A stretch of 64,000 nt of DNA from NCBI RefSeq assembly GCF_963921235.1, contig NC_086101.1:8744001-8808000 (forward strand), given 5' to 3'. Source of the stretch: Mobula hypostoma (taxonomy: Eukaryota). Within the stretch, counting starts at the first letter, position 1. Each line of letters starts with the position of its first letter. A program made the position numbers and the translations under genes. Of the stretch, positions 36,588 to 48,723 are shown in pieces. Under the pieces are notes generated by a model. That model did not search any database. It was not told where the DNA came from and was given only the letters and a program-made list of their open reading frames with translations.

Positions 36588-39500
36588 AGGTTGTGAGTGG
36601 TGGTAAAAATCTTCTGAGGTGTATATATTTCAATGCTAGGAGTATTGCGGGGAAGGTGGATGAGTTGAGAGCGTGGATTGACACGTGGAATTATGATGCT
36701 GTAGCAATTAGTGAAACTTGGCTACAGGAGGGGCAGGACTGGCAGCTTAATATTCCAGGGTTCCGATGTTTCAGATGTGATCGAGGCAGAGGAATGAAAG
36801 GTGGGGGAGTAGCATTGCTTGTTAGGGAAAATATTACAGCAGTGCTCAGGCAGGACAGATTAGAGGGCTTGTCTATTGAGTCCTTACGGGTGGAGCTGAG
36901 ACAAAAGGAAAGGTATGGCCACATTAGTGGGATTATATTACAGACCACCCAATAGTCAACGAGACTTGGAAGAGCAGATCTGCAGAGAGATAGCAGGCAA
37001 CTGCAGGAAACATAAAGTTGTGGTGGTAGGGGATTTTAATTTTCCATACATTGATTGGGACTCCCATACTGTTAGGGGTCCAGATGGTTTAGCGTTTGTA
37101 AAATGTGTTCAGGAAAGTTTTCTAAATCAATATATAGAGGGACCAACTGGAGGGGATGCAACATTGGATCTCCTGTTAGGTAAATCAAGGAAGGTAGTGC
37201 ACCCGTGGCTGACAAGAGAAATTAGGGATAGTATCAATTCCAAAGAAGTAGCATACAAATTAGCCAGAGAAAGTGGCTCACCTGAGGACTGGGAGAAATT
37301 CAGAGTTCAGCAGAGGAGGACAAAGGGCTTAATTAGGAAGGGGAAAAAAGATTATGAGAGAAAACTGGCAGAGAACATAAAAACGGACTGTAAAAGCTTT
37401 TATAGATATGTAAAAAGGAAAAGACTGATAAAGACAAATGTAGGTCCCCTGCAGACAGAAACAGGTGAATTGATTATGGGGAGCAAGGACATGGCAGACC
37501 AATTGAATAATTACTTTGGTTCTGTCTTCACTAAGGAGGACATAAATAATCTTCCAGAAATAGTAAGGGACCGAGGGTCCAGTGAGATGGAGGAACTGAG
37601 TGAAATACATGTTAGTAGGGAAGTGGTGTTAGGTAAATTGAAGGGATTGAAGGCAGATAAATCCCCAGGGCCAGATGGTCTGCATCCCAGAGTGCTTAAG
37701 GAAGTAGCCCAAGAAATAGTGGATGCATTAGTGATAATTTTTCAAAACTCGTTAGATTCTGGACTAGTTCCTGAGGATTGGAGGGTGGCTAATGTAACCC
37801 CACTTTTTAAAAAAGGAGGGAGAGAGAAACCGGGGAATTATAGGCCAGTTAGCCTAACGTCGGTGGTGGGGAAACTGCTGGAGTCAGTTATCAAGGATGT
37901 GATAACAGCACATTTGGAAAGCGGTGAAATCATCGGACAAAGTCAGCATGGATTTGTGAAAGGAAAATCATGTCTGACGAATCTAATAGAATTTTTTGAG
38001 GATGTAACTAGTAGAGTGGATAGGGGAGAACCAGTAGATGTGGTATATTTGGATTTTCAAAAGGCTTTTGACAAGGTCCCACACAGGAGATTAGTGTGCA
38101 AACTTAAAGCACACGGTATTGGGGGTAAGGTATTGGTGTGGGTGGAGAATTGGTTAGCAGACAGGAAGCAAAGAGTGGGAATAAACGGGACCTTTTCAGA
38201 ATGGCAGGCGGTGACTAGTGGGGTACCGCAAGGCTCAGTGCTGGGACCCCAGTTGTTTACAGTATATATTAATGACTTGGATGAGGGAATTAAATGCAGC
38301 ATCTCCAAGTTTGCGGATGACACGAAGCTGGGTGGCAGTGTTAGCAGTGAGGAGGATGCTAAGAGGATGCAGGGTGACTTGGATAGGTTGGGTGAGTGGG
38401 CAAACTCATGGCAGATGCAATTTAATGTGGATAAATGTGAAGTTATCCACTTTGGTGGCAAAAATAGGAAAACAGATTATTATCTGAATGGTGGCCGATT
38501 AGGAAAAGGGGAGGTGCAACGAGACCTGGGTGTCATTATACACCAGTCATTGAAAGTGGGCATGCAGGTACAGCAGGCGGTGAAAAAGGCGAACGGTATG
38601 CTGGCATTTATCGCGAGAGGATTCGAGTACAGGAGCAGGGAGGTACTACTGCAGTTGTACAAGGCCTTGGTGAGACCACACCTGGAGTATTGTGTGCAGT
38701 TTTGGTCCCCTAATCTGAGGAAAGACATCTTTGCCATAGAGGGAGTACAAAGAAGGTTCACCAGATTGATTCCTGGGATGGCAGGTCTTTCATATGAAGA
38801 AAGACTGGATGAACTGGGTTTGTACTCGTTGGAATTTAGAAGGTTGAGGGGGAATCTGATTGAAACGTATAAGATCCTGAAGGGATTGGACAGGCTAGAT
38901 GCGGGAAGATTGTTCCCGATGTTGGGGAGGTCCAGAACGAGGGGTCACAGTTTGAGGATAGAGGGGAAGCCTTTTAGGACCGAGATTAGGAAAAACTTCT
39001 TCACACAGAGAGTGGTGAATCTGTGGAATTCTCTGCCACAGCAAACTGTTGAGGCCAGTTCATTGGCTATGTTTAAGAGGGAGTTAGATATGGCCCTTGT
39101 GGCTACAGGGGTCAGGGGGTATGGAGGGAAGGCTGGGTTCTGAGTTGGATGATCAGCCATGATCATAATAAATGGCAGTGCAGGCTCGAAGGGCCGAATG
39201 GCCTACTCCTGCACCTATTTTCTATGTTTCTATGTTTCTATGTAATGAATTAGGGCAAGTGACAGAAGTCTGTGCAGGGGAGCACTTTGGTTCCAGTGAT
39301 CATAACACCATTAGTTTCAATTTGATCATGGACAAGGATAGATCTGGTCCTAGGGTTGAGGTTCTGAACAAGAAGGCCAACTTTGAAGAAATGAGAAAGG
39401 ATCTAAAAAGCGTGGATTGGGACAGGTTGTTCTCTGGCAAAGATGTGATTGGTAGGTGGGAAGCCTTCAAAGAGGAAATTTTGAGAGTGCAGAGTTTGTA

Positions 39501-41553
39501 TGTTCCTGTCAGGATTCAAGGCAAATTGAATAGGAATAAGGAACCTTGGTTCTCAAGGGATATTGCAACTCTGATAAAGAAGAAGAGGGAGTTGTATGAA
39601 ATGTATAGGAAACAGGGGGTAAATCAGGTGCTTGAGGAGTATAAGAAGTGCAAGAAAATACTTAAGAAAGAAATCAGGAGGGCTAAAAGAAGATATGAGG
39701 TTGCCTTGGCAGTCAAAGTGAAGGATAATCCAAAGAGCTTTTACAAGTATATTAAGAGCAAAAGGATTGTAAGGGATAAAATTGGTCCTCCTGAAGATCA
39801 GAGTGGTCGGCTTTGTGCGGAACCAAAGGAAATGGGGGAGATCTTAAATAGGTTTTTTGCGTCTGTATTTACTAAGGAAACTGGCATGAAGTCTATGGAA
39901 TTGAGGGAATGAAGTAGTGAGACCATGGAAACTGTACAGATTGAAAAGGAGGAGGTGCTTGCTGTCTTGAGGAAAATTAAAGTGGATAAATTACCGGGAC
40001 CTGACAGAGTGTTCCCTCGGACCTTGAAGGAGACTAGTGTTGAAACTGCAGGGGCCCTGGCAGAAATATTTAAAATGTCGCTGTCTGCGGGTGAAGTGCC
40101 GGAGGATTGGAGAGTGGCTCATGTTGTTCCGTTGTTTAAAAAAGGATCGAAAAGTAATCCGGGAAATTATAGGCCGGTGAGTTTAACGTCAGTAGTAGGT
40201 AAGTTATTGGAGGGAGTACTAAGAGACAGAATCTACAAGCATTTGGATAGACTGGGACTTATTAGGGAGAGTCAACATGGCTTTGTGCGTGGTAGGTCAT
40301 GTTTGACCAATCTGTTGGAGTTTTTCGAGGAGGTTACCAGGAAAGTGGATGAAGGGAAGGCAGTGGATATTGTCTACATGGACTTCAGTAAGGCCTTTGA
40401 CAAGGTCCCGCATGGGAGGTTAGTTAGGAAAATTCAGTCGCTAGGTATACATGGAGAGGTGGTAAATTGGATTAGACATTGGCTCGATGGAAGAAGCCAG
40501 AGAGTGGTGGTAGAGAATTGCTTCTCTGAGTGGAGGCCTGTGACTAGTGGTGTGCCACAGGGATCAGTGCTGGGTCCATTGTTATTTGTCATCTATATCA
40601 ATGATCTGGTTGATAATGTGGTAAATTGGATCAGCAAGTTTGCTGATGATACAAAGATTGGAGGTGTAGTAGACAGTGAGGAAGGTTTTCAGAGCCTGCA
40701 GAGGGACTTGGACCATCTGGAAAAATGGGCTGAAAAATGGCAGATGGAGTTTAATACTGACAAGTGTGAGGTATTGCACGTAGGAAGGACAAACCAACGT
40801 AGAACATACAGGGTTAATGGTAAGGCACTGAGGAGTGCAGTGGAACAGAGGGATCTGGGAATACAGATACAAAATTCCCTAAAAGTGTCGTCACAGGTAG
40901 ATAGGGTCGTAAAGAGAGCTTTTGGTACATTGGCCTTTATTAATCGAAGTATTGAGTATAAGAGCTGGAATGTTATGATGAGGTTGTATAAGGCATTGGT
41001 GAGGCCGAATCTGGAGTATTGTATTCAGTTTTGGTCACCAAATTACAGGAAGGGTATAAATAAGGTTGAAAGAGTGCAGAGAAGGTTTACAAGGATGTTG
41101 CCGGGACTTGAGAAACTCAGTTACAGAAAGGTTGAATAGGTTCGGACTTTATTCCCTGGAGCGTAGAAGAATGAGGGGAGATTTGATAGAGGTATATAAA
41201 ATTATGATGGGTATAGATAGAGTGAATGCAAGCAGGCTTTTTCCACTGAGGCAAGGGGAGAAAAAAACCAGAGGACATGGGTTAAGGGTGAGGGGGGGAA
41301 AGTTTGAAGGGAACATTAGGGGGGGCTTCTTCACACAGAGAGTGGTGGGAGTATGGAATGAGCTGCCAGACGAGGTGGTATATGCGGGTTCTTTTTTAAC
41401 ATTTAAGAATAAATTGGACAGATACATGGATGGGAGGTGTATGGAGGGATATGGTCTGTGTGCAGGTCAGTGGGACTGGGCAGAAAATGGTTCGGCACAG
41501 CCAAGAAGGGCCAAAAGGCCTGTTTCTGTGCTGTAGTTTCTATGGTTTCTATG
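36588..41553 (+). mobile_element. CR1 LINE (subfamily B) ORF2, interrupted by a nested CR1
   Basis: LRCIYFNARS endonuclease start; resumes NELGQV at 39244; RT 39925-41139; (TTTCTATGG)2 tail; short TSD GAGAA. Confidence 0.95.
37184..39241 (+). mobile_element. Nested CR1 LINE (subfamily C) with open RT frame
   Basis: Uninterrupted RT to TGA at 39143; (TTTCTATG)n tail; TSD GTAA at 37180-37183 and 39242-39245. Confidence 0.95.
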
Positions 41554-42619
41554 GAGAAGGTCGGACTGTGATAATCAGCTGCTACAATCTGTGTGGTATC
41601 ATCAATTTAAATCAATATCTCAATAATAATCTGATATAGTATTTATTGAGGTAGGCATTCTTTTAACGGAAAAATTGGATAATTTTCAATGCTGCTCCGA
41701 GGTAAGTGAAGGCACCGAACATGAGAATCTGCCCATTTTCCATGCTCCGGGTTTCGTAAATCGTTGGAATGCGGCAGGACCCAGAGTGCCGGAGAAAATC
41801 CAAGCGGTCACACGAGGAATGTACAAATTCCAGACAGAAAACGGCAGAAATCGACCTCCGATTAGTGATCACTGGCGCTGTAATAATGTGTCGTTTAACG
41901 GCTCAGGACCGCCACCTGCTGCTGGACACCGGTATTGCAGTATGAGCAGAAACTGTAAATACTGCGACAGGAGCTGCATCGGGCAGGGAATTCTTTCCAC
42001 GGGGAATGTGAGCGTCGCCAGAAGGACCAGCATTTACTGCCCACTGACTGCCGCTGAGTGGGTGGAAATGTTGTGTTGCAGTCAGTGTGGGGAACGAGCC
42101 CCCGGCACTGCTGGGCAGCGAGATCTGGGCTCCGCGACCAGATATTAACTGAGGACAGATCACCAGCTTCGAGTTGCCCGGACGAAAAGAAAGCTGGAAC
42201 AGGGAGAATGGGGCAGATTCCGATGTTCGATGTACCTGGGAGCAGCGGCGATGACAATCCAGGAGTGAGAGATAGAGCGATAAGATGGAGATGGAGATAG
42301 AGAGGGAGAGGGAGAATAGGGGTGGGTGGTATGAACACTGGTAGCTCAATCTGGTAAGGCTACAAAATCAGCAAACCCACGATCTGTCACCAGAAGACGT
42401 CACGTTCAGGGGAAGTTAAATTCCTGAAGGTACAGCTCTGTAAAGCACGGTTCTTTCTCTTATATTTTAAGAACCATTCGCTCCATCAGGTCGCTGTATA
42501 CCCTCACTCCACTGCCGTCAGTCTCAACCCTCCACTCATTTCCCTCTACCCTATTCTCTCAATCTTAACCATCACCCACCCAGTTTCCCAACCACGCATA
42601 TGATGTACCAGAGTTAGGT

Positions 42620-42792
42620 ATTTGCGAGCGAGCCCCGTGGCTCTGGGATGTGACCGGAAACCGAATACCCGGGGGGGGGGGGGGGGAATGCGAGTGGTCA
42701 CAGGGAGAACGTGCGGACTCCATCCCGTCAGAAGTGGAGGTCGGGATCGAATCCAGGTCGTCAGGGCTGCGAGTAGCGGATGTAACCATTGT
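42620..42792 (-). mobile_element. V-SINE/HE1-like SINE fragment (another at about 41765-41900)
   Basis: Reverse strand has B-box GATTCGATCCC followed by GGAGTCCGCACGTTCTCCCTGTGACC. Confidence 0.55.
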
Positions 42793-43215
42793 AAGCTAGA
42801 TCCGCGATTGTGTTTGGGACAGTGCAGTGAATTCATCGATTAGGTACGATTTGCAACAACCGGATCAACCATCATTACTTTTCCTTTCGCCAAAATGTCC
42901 CTTTATTCACAAACCTTCCAAATATCTCCACGATGTGTTCCATTGTCACCACCATCAGTACCTGGTAACCCCGCAGGTCACGGCTCGTCTAGTACATCTC
43001 GGAGATGTTTAACTGTGCCCAGGGCCTGCCTGTCTCGCCCCTTCAATCTGTGAGTTCCCGAACCTCACCCACCTCTGGGCAAAAATATTTTCCCCTCTTC
43101 CCTCAAATCCTTCTGACAATTACTTCAAATCCCTGTCCCTGGTTTAGAACCCCTCTGCGATGGGGCACAGATTCTTCTTGTTTACTCCGTAGAGACCGTC
43201 CATCATTTTATATAC

Positions 43216-43615
43216 GTAAACACGAGGAATTCTGCAGATACTGGAAATTCAAGCAACACATATCAAAGTTGCTGGTGAACGCAGCAGGCCAGGCAGCATC
43301 TCTAGGAAGAAGTACAGTCAACGTTTCAGGCCAAGACCCTTCGTCAGGACTAAATGAAGGAAAAGTTAGTAAGAGATTTGAAAGTGGGAGGGGGAGGGGG
43401 AGATCCAAAATGATAGGAGAAGACAGCAGGGGGAGGGATGAAGCCAAGAGCTGGACAGGTGATCGGCAAAAGGGATATGAGAGGATCATGGGACAGGAGG
43501 TCCGGGGAGAACGACAGGGGGGGGGGAGGAGAACCCAGAGGATGGGCAAGGGGTATAATCAGAGGGACAGAGGGAGAAAAAGGAGAGTGAGAGAAAGAAT
43601 GTGTGTGTAAAAAAA
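43216..43615 (-). mobile_element. Penelope 3' fragment
   Basis: Reverse complement of about 24320-24707. Confidence 0.92.
43316..43351 (-). ncRNA. Minimal hammerhead ribozyme with intact core (GUU cleavage triplet)
   Basis: AGTC-CTGACGA-AGG(GTCTTGG)CCT-GAAAC-GTT-GACT on the minus strand. Confidence 0.7.
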
Positions 43616-43805
43616 AACGGATGGTGTACATGCTCAGGATAACTTTGTGGGCCGATGGGCCGGTATTGTGCTGCAGGTTTTCTGATTCTGTGTCTCTACA
43701 TATACCCAATGATGTGGCCTCCACAACCACCTGTGGCAACAAATTCAGGATTCCCCACTCTCTGATAAAATTCCTACTCATCTCCGTCCTAACTGGACGT
43801 CCTCT

Positions 43806-44555
43806 TGTCACAATGAGGGGGGGGGGGGCGGTGCTGGGAGCAAGGGTGGACCCAAATGCAAGACACATCTTGTGAGGTTAACTTAATTGAGTTTACTGCT
43901 CGGTACCAGGAGAGCAAAGCAGAAGCAGGAATAGCGTCCTGGACAAGGACTCAGGTCTTGGACTAGGCTGGGACTAAGGGTCTGAGCTAGGACTCGGAAT
44001 CACCGACCGCCGGGGCCAGGAACTCTTCTTATTCACGGGACAGACTTAGACACAGTACATAAAACACTGAGCTGGGAACCTTTCTTATACACAGGACGGA
44101 GTAGGAACTCTTCTTGACACAGGGTCAGGACCCTTCCAGGGTACAGGGCCGGGACCCCTTTTAGACGCACGACATGGATACGGAGACCACACAACGATGG
44201 ACAGAACTATAACTGAGCTCAAGTCCGCTCCAAGCCGCAGCAAGCTCTTGACTCACCACAACTTGGCCTGACCCGTCGTGGCAAGGAAAGGCGGCTTGCT
44301 GGCACTTGCTCCAGGTTTGCTCCGGCCAGATAACATTGGCTCACAGTAGCTTTGGTGATTTTGCAAACACTCTCACACCGAACAGTTGAATGCCGGAGAA
44401 CATAAACTGCCGGTTCAGCCGAGAGTAAATTGCCTCCAATCACCAAGCCCGAGGGACACGGGAAATCAGTGAACCAAAGGGAAACAGGGAGTCAACGGTC
44501 CGGATCGTAACATAAACAAAGTAAATTTAAAGGGACCCCGATCCGGACCATCACA
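43806..44555 (-). mobile_element. Solo Gypsy-type LTR
   Basis: TGT...ACA ends, perfect TSD CCTCT; its end (GTGTCTTGCATTTGGGTCC..CATTGTGACA) is shared with the LTRs ending at 18102 and 19369. Confidence 0.88.
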
Positions 44556-44699
44556 CCTCTATTCTGCGGCTGTCCTGTAGTCTTAGTCCCCCGCCTCCAC
44601 ACCATAGGAAATATCCTTTCCACGTCCACTTTATCAAGGACTTTGAACATTTGCTACGTTTCGATATGATTTGCCTCCCCCAGCCCATTTCTTCAGAAA

Positions 44700-44950
44700 G
44701 AGGGTCCAGAAGAGAAGTATTCAAAGATGACTGAGCAAGTTCCTGCAATCCCAAGTGACAACTCCTACAGTCACCATGAAGGAAGCCCCAGAACCTGAGA
44801 TTGTTTCAACAAATACATGTCCCATCTGCGAGGCGGAGTGACCTCCCCGATCAGGAAATGACTCATTCCACAGGAGCAGGAAATCCTGCAAGGATGAAAT
44901 CTTTATACCTGAACCAGTAATACTTGAATAGAATTGTAAATTTATTGTTA
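44700..44950 (+). mobile_element. Possible decayed Gypsy pol 3' tail
   Basis: Degenerate TPTVTMKEAPEPEIVS peptide resembling Gypsy integrase C-terminal tails (recalled similarity, not searched). Confidence 0.4.
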
Positions 44951-44962
44951 TTTAGACATTCG

Positions 44963-45308
44963 AGAGAGAGAGAGAGAGATAGAGAGAGAGAGGGATAGAG
45001 AGAGAGAGAGGGGATAGAGAGAGAGAGGGATAGAGAGAGAGAGATACAGAGAGAGAGGGAGAGATAGAGGGATAGAGAGAGAGAGATAGATAGAGAGAGA
45101 GAGGGATAGAGAGAGACAGAGGGATAGAGAGAGAGAGGGGACTAGAGAGAGAGAGGGATAGAGAGAGATAGATAGAGAGAGGGATAGAGAGAGAGAGATA
45201 CAGAGAGAGAGAGAGGGAGAGATTGAGAGGGATAGAGAGAGAGATACAGAGAGAGAGAGAGAGGGAGAGATAGAGAGGGATAGAGAGAGAGGGAAAGAGA
45301 GAGAGAGA
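44963..45308. repeat. Compound (GA)n/GATA microsatellite
   Basis: Direct inspection. Confidence 0.97.
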
Positions 45309-45677
45309 AGTATCAAAAGAGTGCGGATGGAGAAAAAGCGGTTGGGTGAAATATTTAGAAGGTTTACTGTTTGTTCACGGAATCGGAGGCAAATTGATGA
45401 TGGAGGGGACTGAGGTGAGTGGTTAGTGGAGATGATGGAAGGAGGGAGATAATTTTCTGTCATTTTAGTACATTGGGAGAAATCTGACACAGTATTCCTG
45501 GGGGTGGAGAAACCGTGACCATATTTAAAGGGGCAGGCATGAGGGGCTCGTGTCGCTATTTTATTATCTGGAGTGATTGAGTAAATATCAGCGGATTGGT
45601 GTAACCTAGCGAGGTGAGTGTGCACATTGTAGTCTGTGTCTATTATTGCGTGTTGCAACATGTACGTTGTCTGTTGA

Positions 45678-46733
45678 CCTTTTCAGAAAGGCAGGCAGTG
45701 ACGAGTCGGGTACCGCAAAGCTCAGTGCTGGGACCCCAGTTGTTTACAATATATATTAATGACTTAGACGAGGAAATTAAATGCAGCATCTCCAAGTTTG
45801 CGGATGACACGAAGCTGGGCGGCAGTGTTAGCTGTGAGGAGGATGCTAAGAGGATGCAGGGTGACTTGGATAGGTTAGGTGAGTGGGCAAATTCATGGCA
45901 GATGCAATTTAATGTGGATAAATGTGAGGTTATCCACTTTCGTGGCAAGAACAGGAAAACAGATTATTATCTGAATGTGGCCGATTAGGAAAAGGGGAGG
46001 TGCAACGAGACCTGGGTGTCATTATACACCAGTCATTGAAAGTGGGCATGCAGGTACAGCAGGCAGTGAAAAAGGCGAATGGTATGCTGGCATTCATAGC
46101 AAGAGGATTCGAGTACAGGAGCAGGGAGGTACTACTGCAGTTGTACAAGGCCTTGGTGAGACCACACCTGGAGTATTGTGTGCAGTTTTGGTCCCCTAAT
46201 CTGAGGAAAGACATTCTTACCATAGATGGAGTACAAAAAAGGTTCACCAGATTGATTCCTGGGTTTGGCTGGACTTTCATATGATGAAAGACTGGATCGA
46301 CTAGGCTTATATTGTCTGGAATTTAGAAGATTGAGGGGGGATCTGATTGAAACGAATAAAATTCTAAAGGGATTGGACAGGCTAGTTGCAGGAAGATTGT
46401 TCCCGATGTTGGGGAATTCCAGAACGAGGGGTCACAGTTTGAGGATAAAAGGGAAGCCTTTTAGGACCGAGATGAGGAAAAACTTCTTCATACAGAGAGT
46501 GGTGAATCTTTGGAATTCTGTGCCACGGGAAACAGTTGAGGCCAGTTCATTGGCTATATTTAAGAGGGAGTTAGATATGGCCCTTGTGGCTAAAGGGATC
46601 GGGGCTATGGAGGGAAGGCAGGTACAGGGATCTGAGTTGGATGATCAGCCATGATCGTACTGAATGACGGTGCAGGCTCGAAGGGCCGAAAGGCCTACTC
46701 CTGCACTTATTTTCTATGTCTCTATGTTTCTAT
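45678..46733 (+). mobile_element. CR1 subfamily C 3' fragment
   Basis: Near-identical to about 38190-39241, with frameshifts. Confidence 0.93.
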
Positions 46734-47281
46734 GAGAATATACGTGGCGTGTCTGCGGATTTCTCAAATCAAGGAGTTCGCTGGGTCTCCAGGGATGGAT
46801 TCCAGGTGACTGAGCCAACAAACAACAAGCATTGTGGCGGCTCTGGCCGTAATCTGCCAATCTTTCTACTAAGCGTATGTGAGGAGATCTGTACCGGATC
46901 GGATAGTCTGTGCACATGTCCCCTGAGGCGCCTGGCCTCCTCCAGCTAATCGCAAGTGACGGAAGGATCAGAAAGAGAACGAACAGCGAAAATCAATGGA
47001 CCCAGCAAGAAGGGTTTGTCACAGTTTGTTCAGGAGAGAAAGGAACAACCGGGACTTTAAACCTCGGTGAACTGTAGATTCAGAGTAATTGGCAAGGTAC
47101 TGAAAATACCTGCCGACCAACTCGGTGGAGCGTTCAAGGTCATCTTCAACCTCTTGCTGCTGCGGTCAGACGTTCGCACCTGTTTCACAAGGGCTTCCAT
47201 CACCGTGCCCAGGAAGAGCAGGGTGAACGGCCCCGAGGACTATCCCCCAGTGGCACTCACATCAGCTGTGATGAAGAGCAA

Positions 47282-47405
47282 TGATAAAGATTATCCTGGG
47301 CCACACACATTGATAGAGATCGATCCTGGGCCACACACATTGATAAAGATCGATCCTGGGTCACACACATTGATAAAGATCGATCCTGGGCCACACACAT
47401 TGATA
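47282..47405 (+). repeat. 30-bp minisatellite, about 4 copies, within decayed Rex-like sequence
   Basis: Unit TGATAAAGATCGATCCTGGGCCACACACAT. Confidence 0.95.
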
Positions 47406-48053
47406 CAATCACAATAGAAGACACAACAGCGGTTATCCTTCACTCCGTCACCAAAGACTAGGGTGAATTTCTGCAGATGTACGGTGGCGAGCATTAGGGT
47501 CAAATTTTCAGGATCGAAAGAGTTTGCAGAGTTGTAGACTCATCACAAGCTAATACCTTCCCACTCTCGAGGACAACTTCAAAAGGCGGTATCCATCAGT
47601 CGGGGTCTCGCCATACAGGACCAGCCCTCTTCTCATTACTACCGTCAGAGTGGAGATACAGAAGCCTGAAGACACACGGTCAATGGTTAAGAAACAACTT
47701 TCCCCGTCCCCCATTACGTTTCCATACGGTCCATGAAACCCATGAACACAACCTCGTTATTCCTCTTTCACAGTATCTATCTACTTATCTAACTACTTAC
47801 TTCCCCATTCATTTCTCCGTTCGGCCATTTATTTTTTGTTGTTGCGACCTATGACAGAGTTGATGTATTGTACTGTACTGTACTGCTGCCAAAAACAGGA
47901 CTTCCGACACTGAGAATACACCCGATTCTGATTCGGGCTGAGACACACACACATTCTCAGAAATCTCTGTTCAGACGGGTTTCCTCTGCTAAGATATCCT
48001 TGTGTCGTCACAAGCGGGCTGGTTGAATGAAGCAGGCGGCCTCCAACGAATTC

Positions 48054-48249
48054 TCAAGCAACATACATAAAAGTTGCTGGTGAACGCAGCAGGCCAGGCA
48101 GCATCTCTAGGAAGAGGTACAGTCGGCATTTTGGGGCGAGACCCTTCGTCAGGACTAACTGAAAGAAGAGCTAGTAAGAGATTTGAAAGTGGGAGGGGCA
48201 GTGGGAGATCCGAAATGATAGGAGAAGACGGGAGGGGGAGGGATGGAGT
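48054..48249 (-). mobile_element. Penelope 3' fragment with degenerate hammerhead
   Basis: Matches 43250-43445. Confidence 0.9.
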
Positions 48250-48254
48250 GCATA

Positions 48255-48723
48255 GATTTCCTCCGGCACTCCGGGTCCTCCCGCATTCCAATGATTTACG
48301 AAACCAGGAGCATGGAAAATGGGCAGGTTCTCTTGTTCGGTGCCTTCACTTACCTGGGAGCAGCATTGAAAATTATCCAATTTTTCCGTTAAAAGAATTC
48401 CTACCTCATTAAATACTATATCAGATTATTATTGAGATATTGATTTAAATGGATGATACCACACAGGTTGTAGCAGCTGATTATCACAGTCCGACCTTCT
48501 CAATGACAGTCGTGGGGCAATAAAGGAAATTACAGTGGCGTGAGCGAGGAGTTGGCCAGAGTAAATCGGAGGGAGCTGCGGCAGGGATGACAGCGGAGGA
48601 GCAATGGCGTGAGTTTCTGGGGAAAATGAGGAAGGCGCAGGACAGATGCATTCCAAAAACTCAAATGGCAAAATAGTACAACTGTGGCTGACAAGAGAAG
48701 TCAAAGCTAATGTAAAAACAAAA
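48255..48723 (-). repeat. Inverted duplicate of 36361-36587 joined to 41554-41800
   Basis: Manual alignment; about 12 mismatches in the ~245 nt non-CR1 part. Confidence 0.92.

Noticed and set aside
42338..42400. tRNA-like TAGCTCAATCTGGTAAGGC
   Set aside because: No T-loop or B-box and no cloverleaf.
44948..45661. 237-aa ORF
   Set aside because: About half is translated (CT)n microsatellite; no recognisable domain.
46740..46946. Minus-strand exon resembling a fibronectin-III/cytokine receptor segment (WRRP..C.DY.IRYRS)
   Set aside because: Similarity is too short, with no WSXWS motif or partner exons.
47282..47405. CRISPR-like 30-bp repeats
   Set aside because: Head-to-tail with no spacers, no cas genes, eukaryotic context.
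48348..48357. ACTTACCTGG as the U1 snRNA 5' end
   Set aside because: Only 10 nt match; it is simply the complement of a consensus splice donor.
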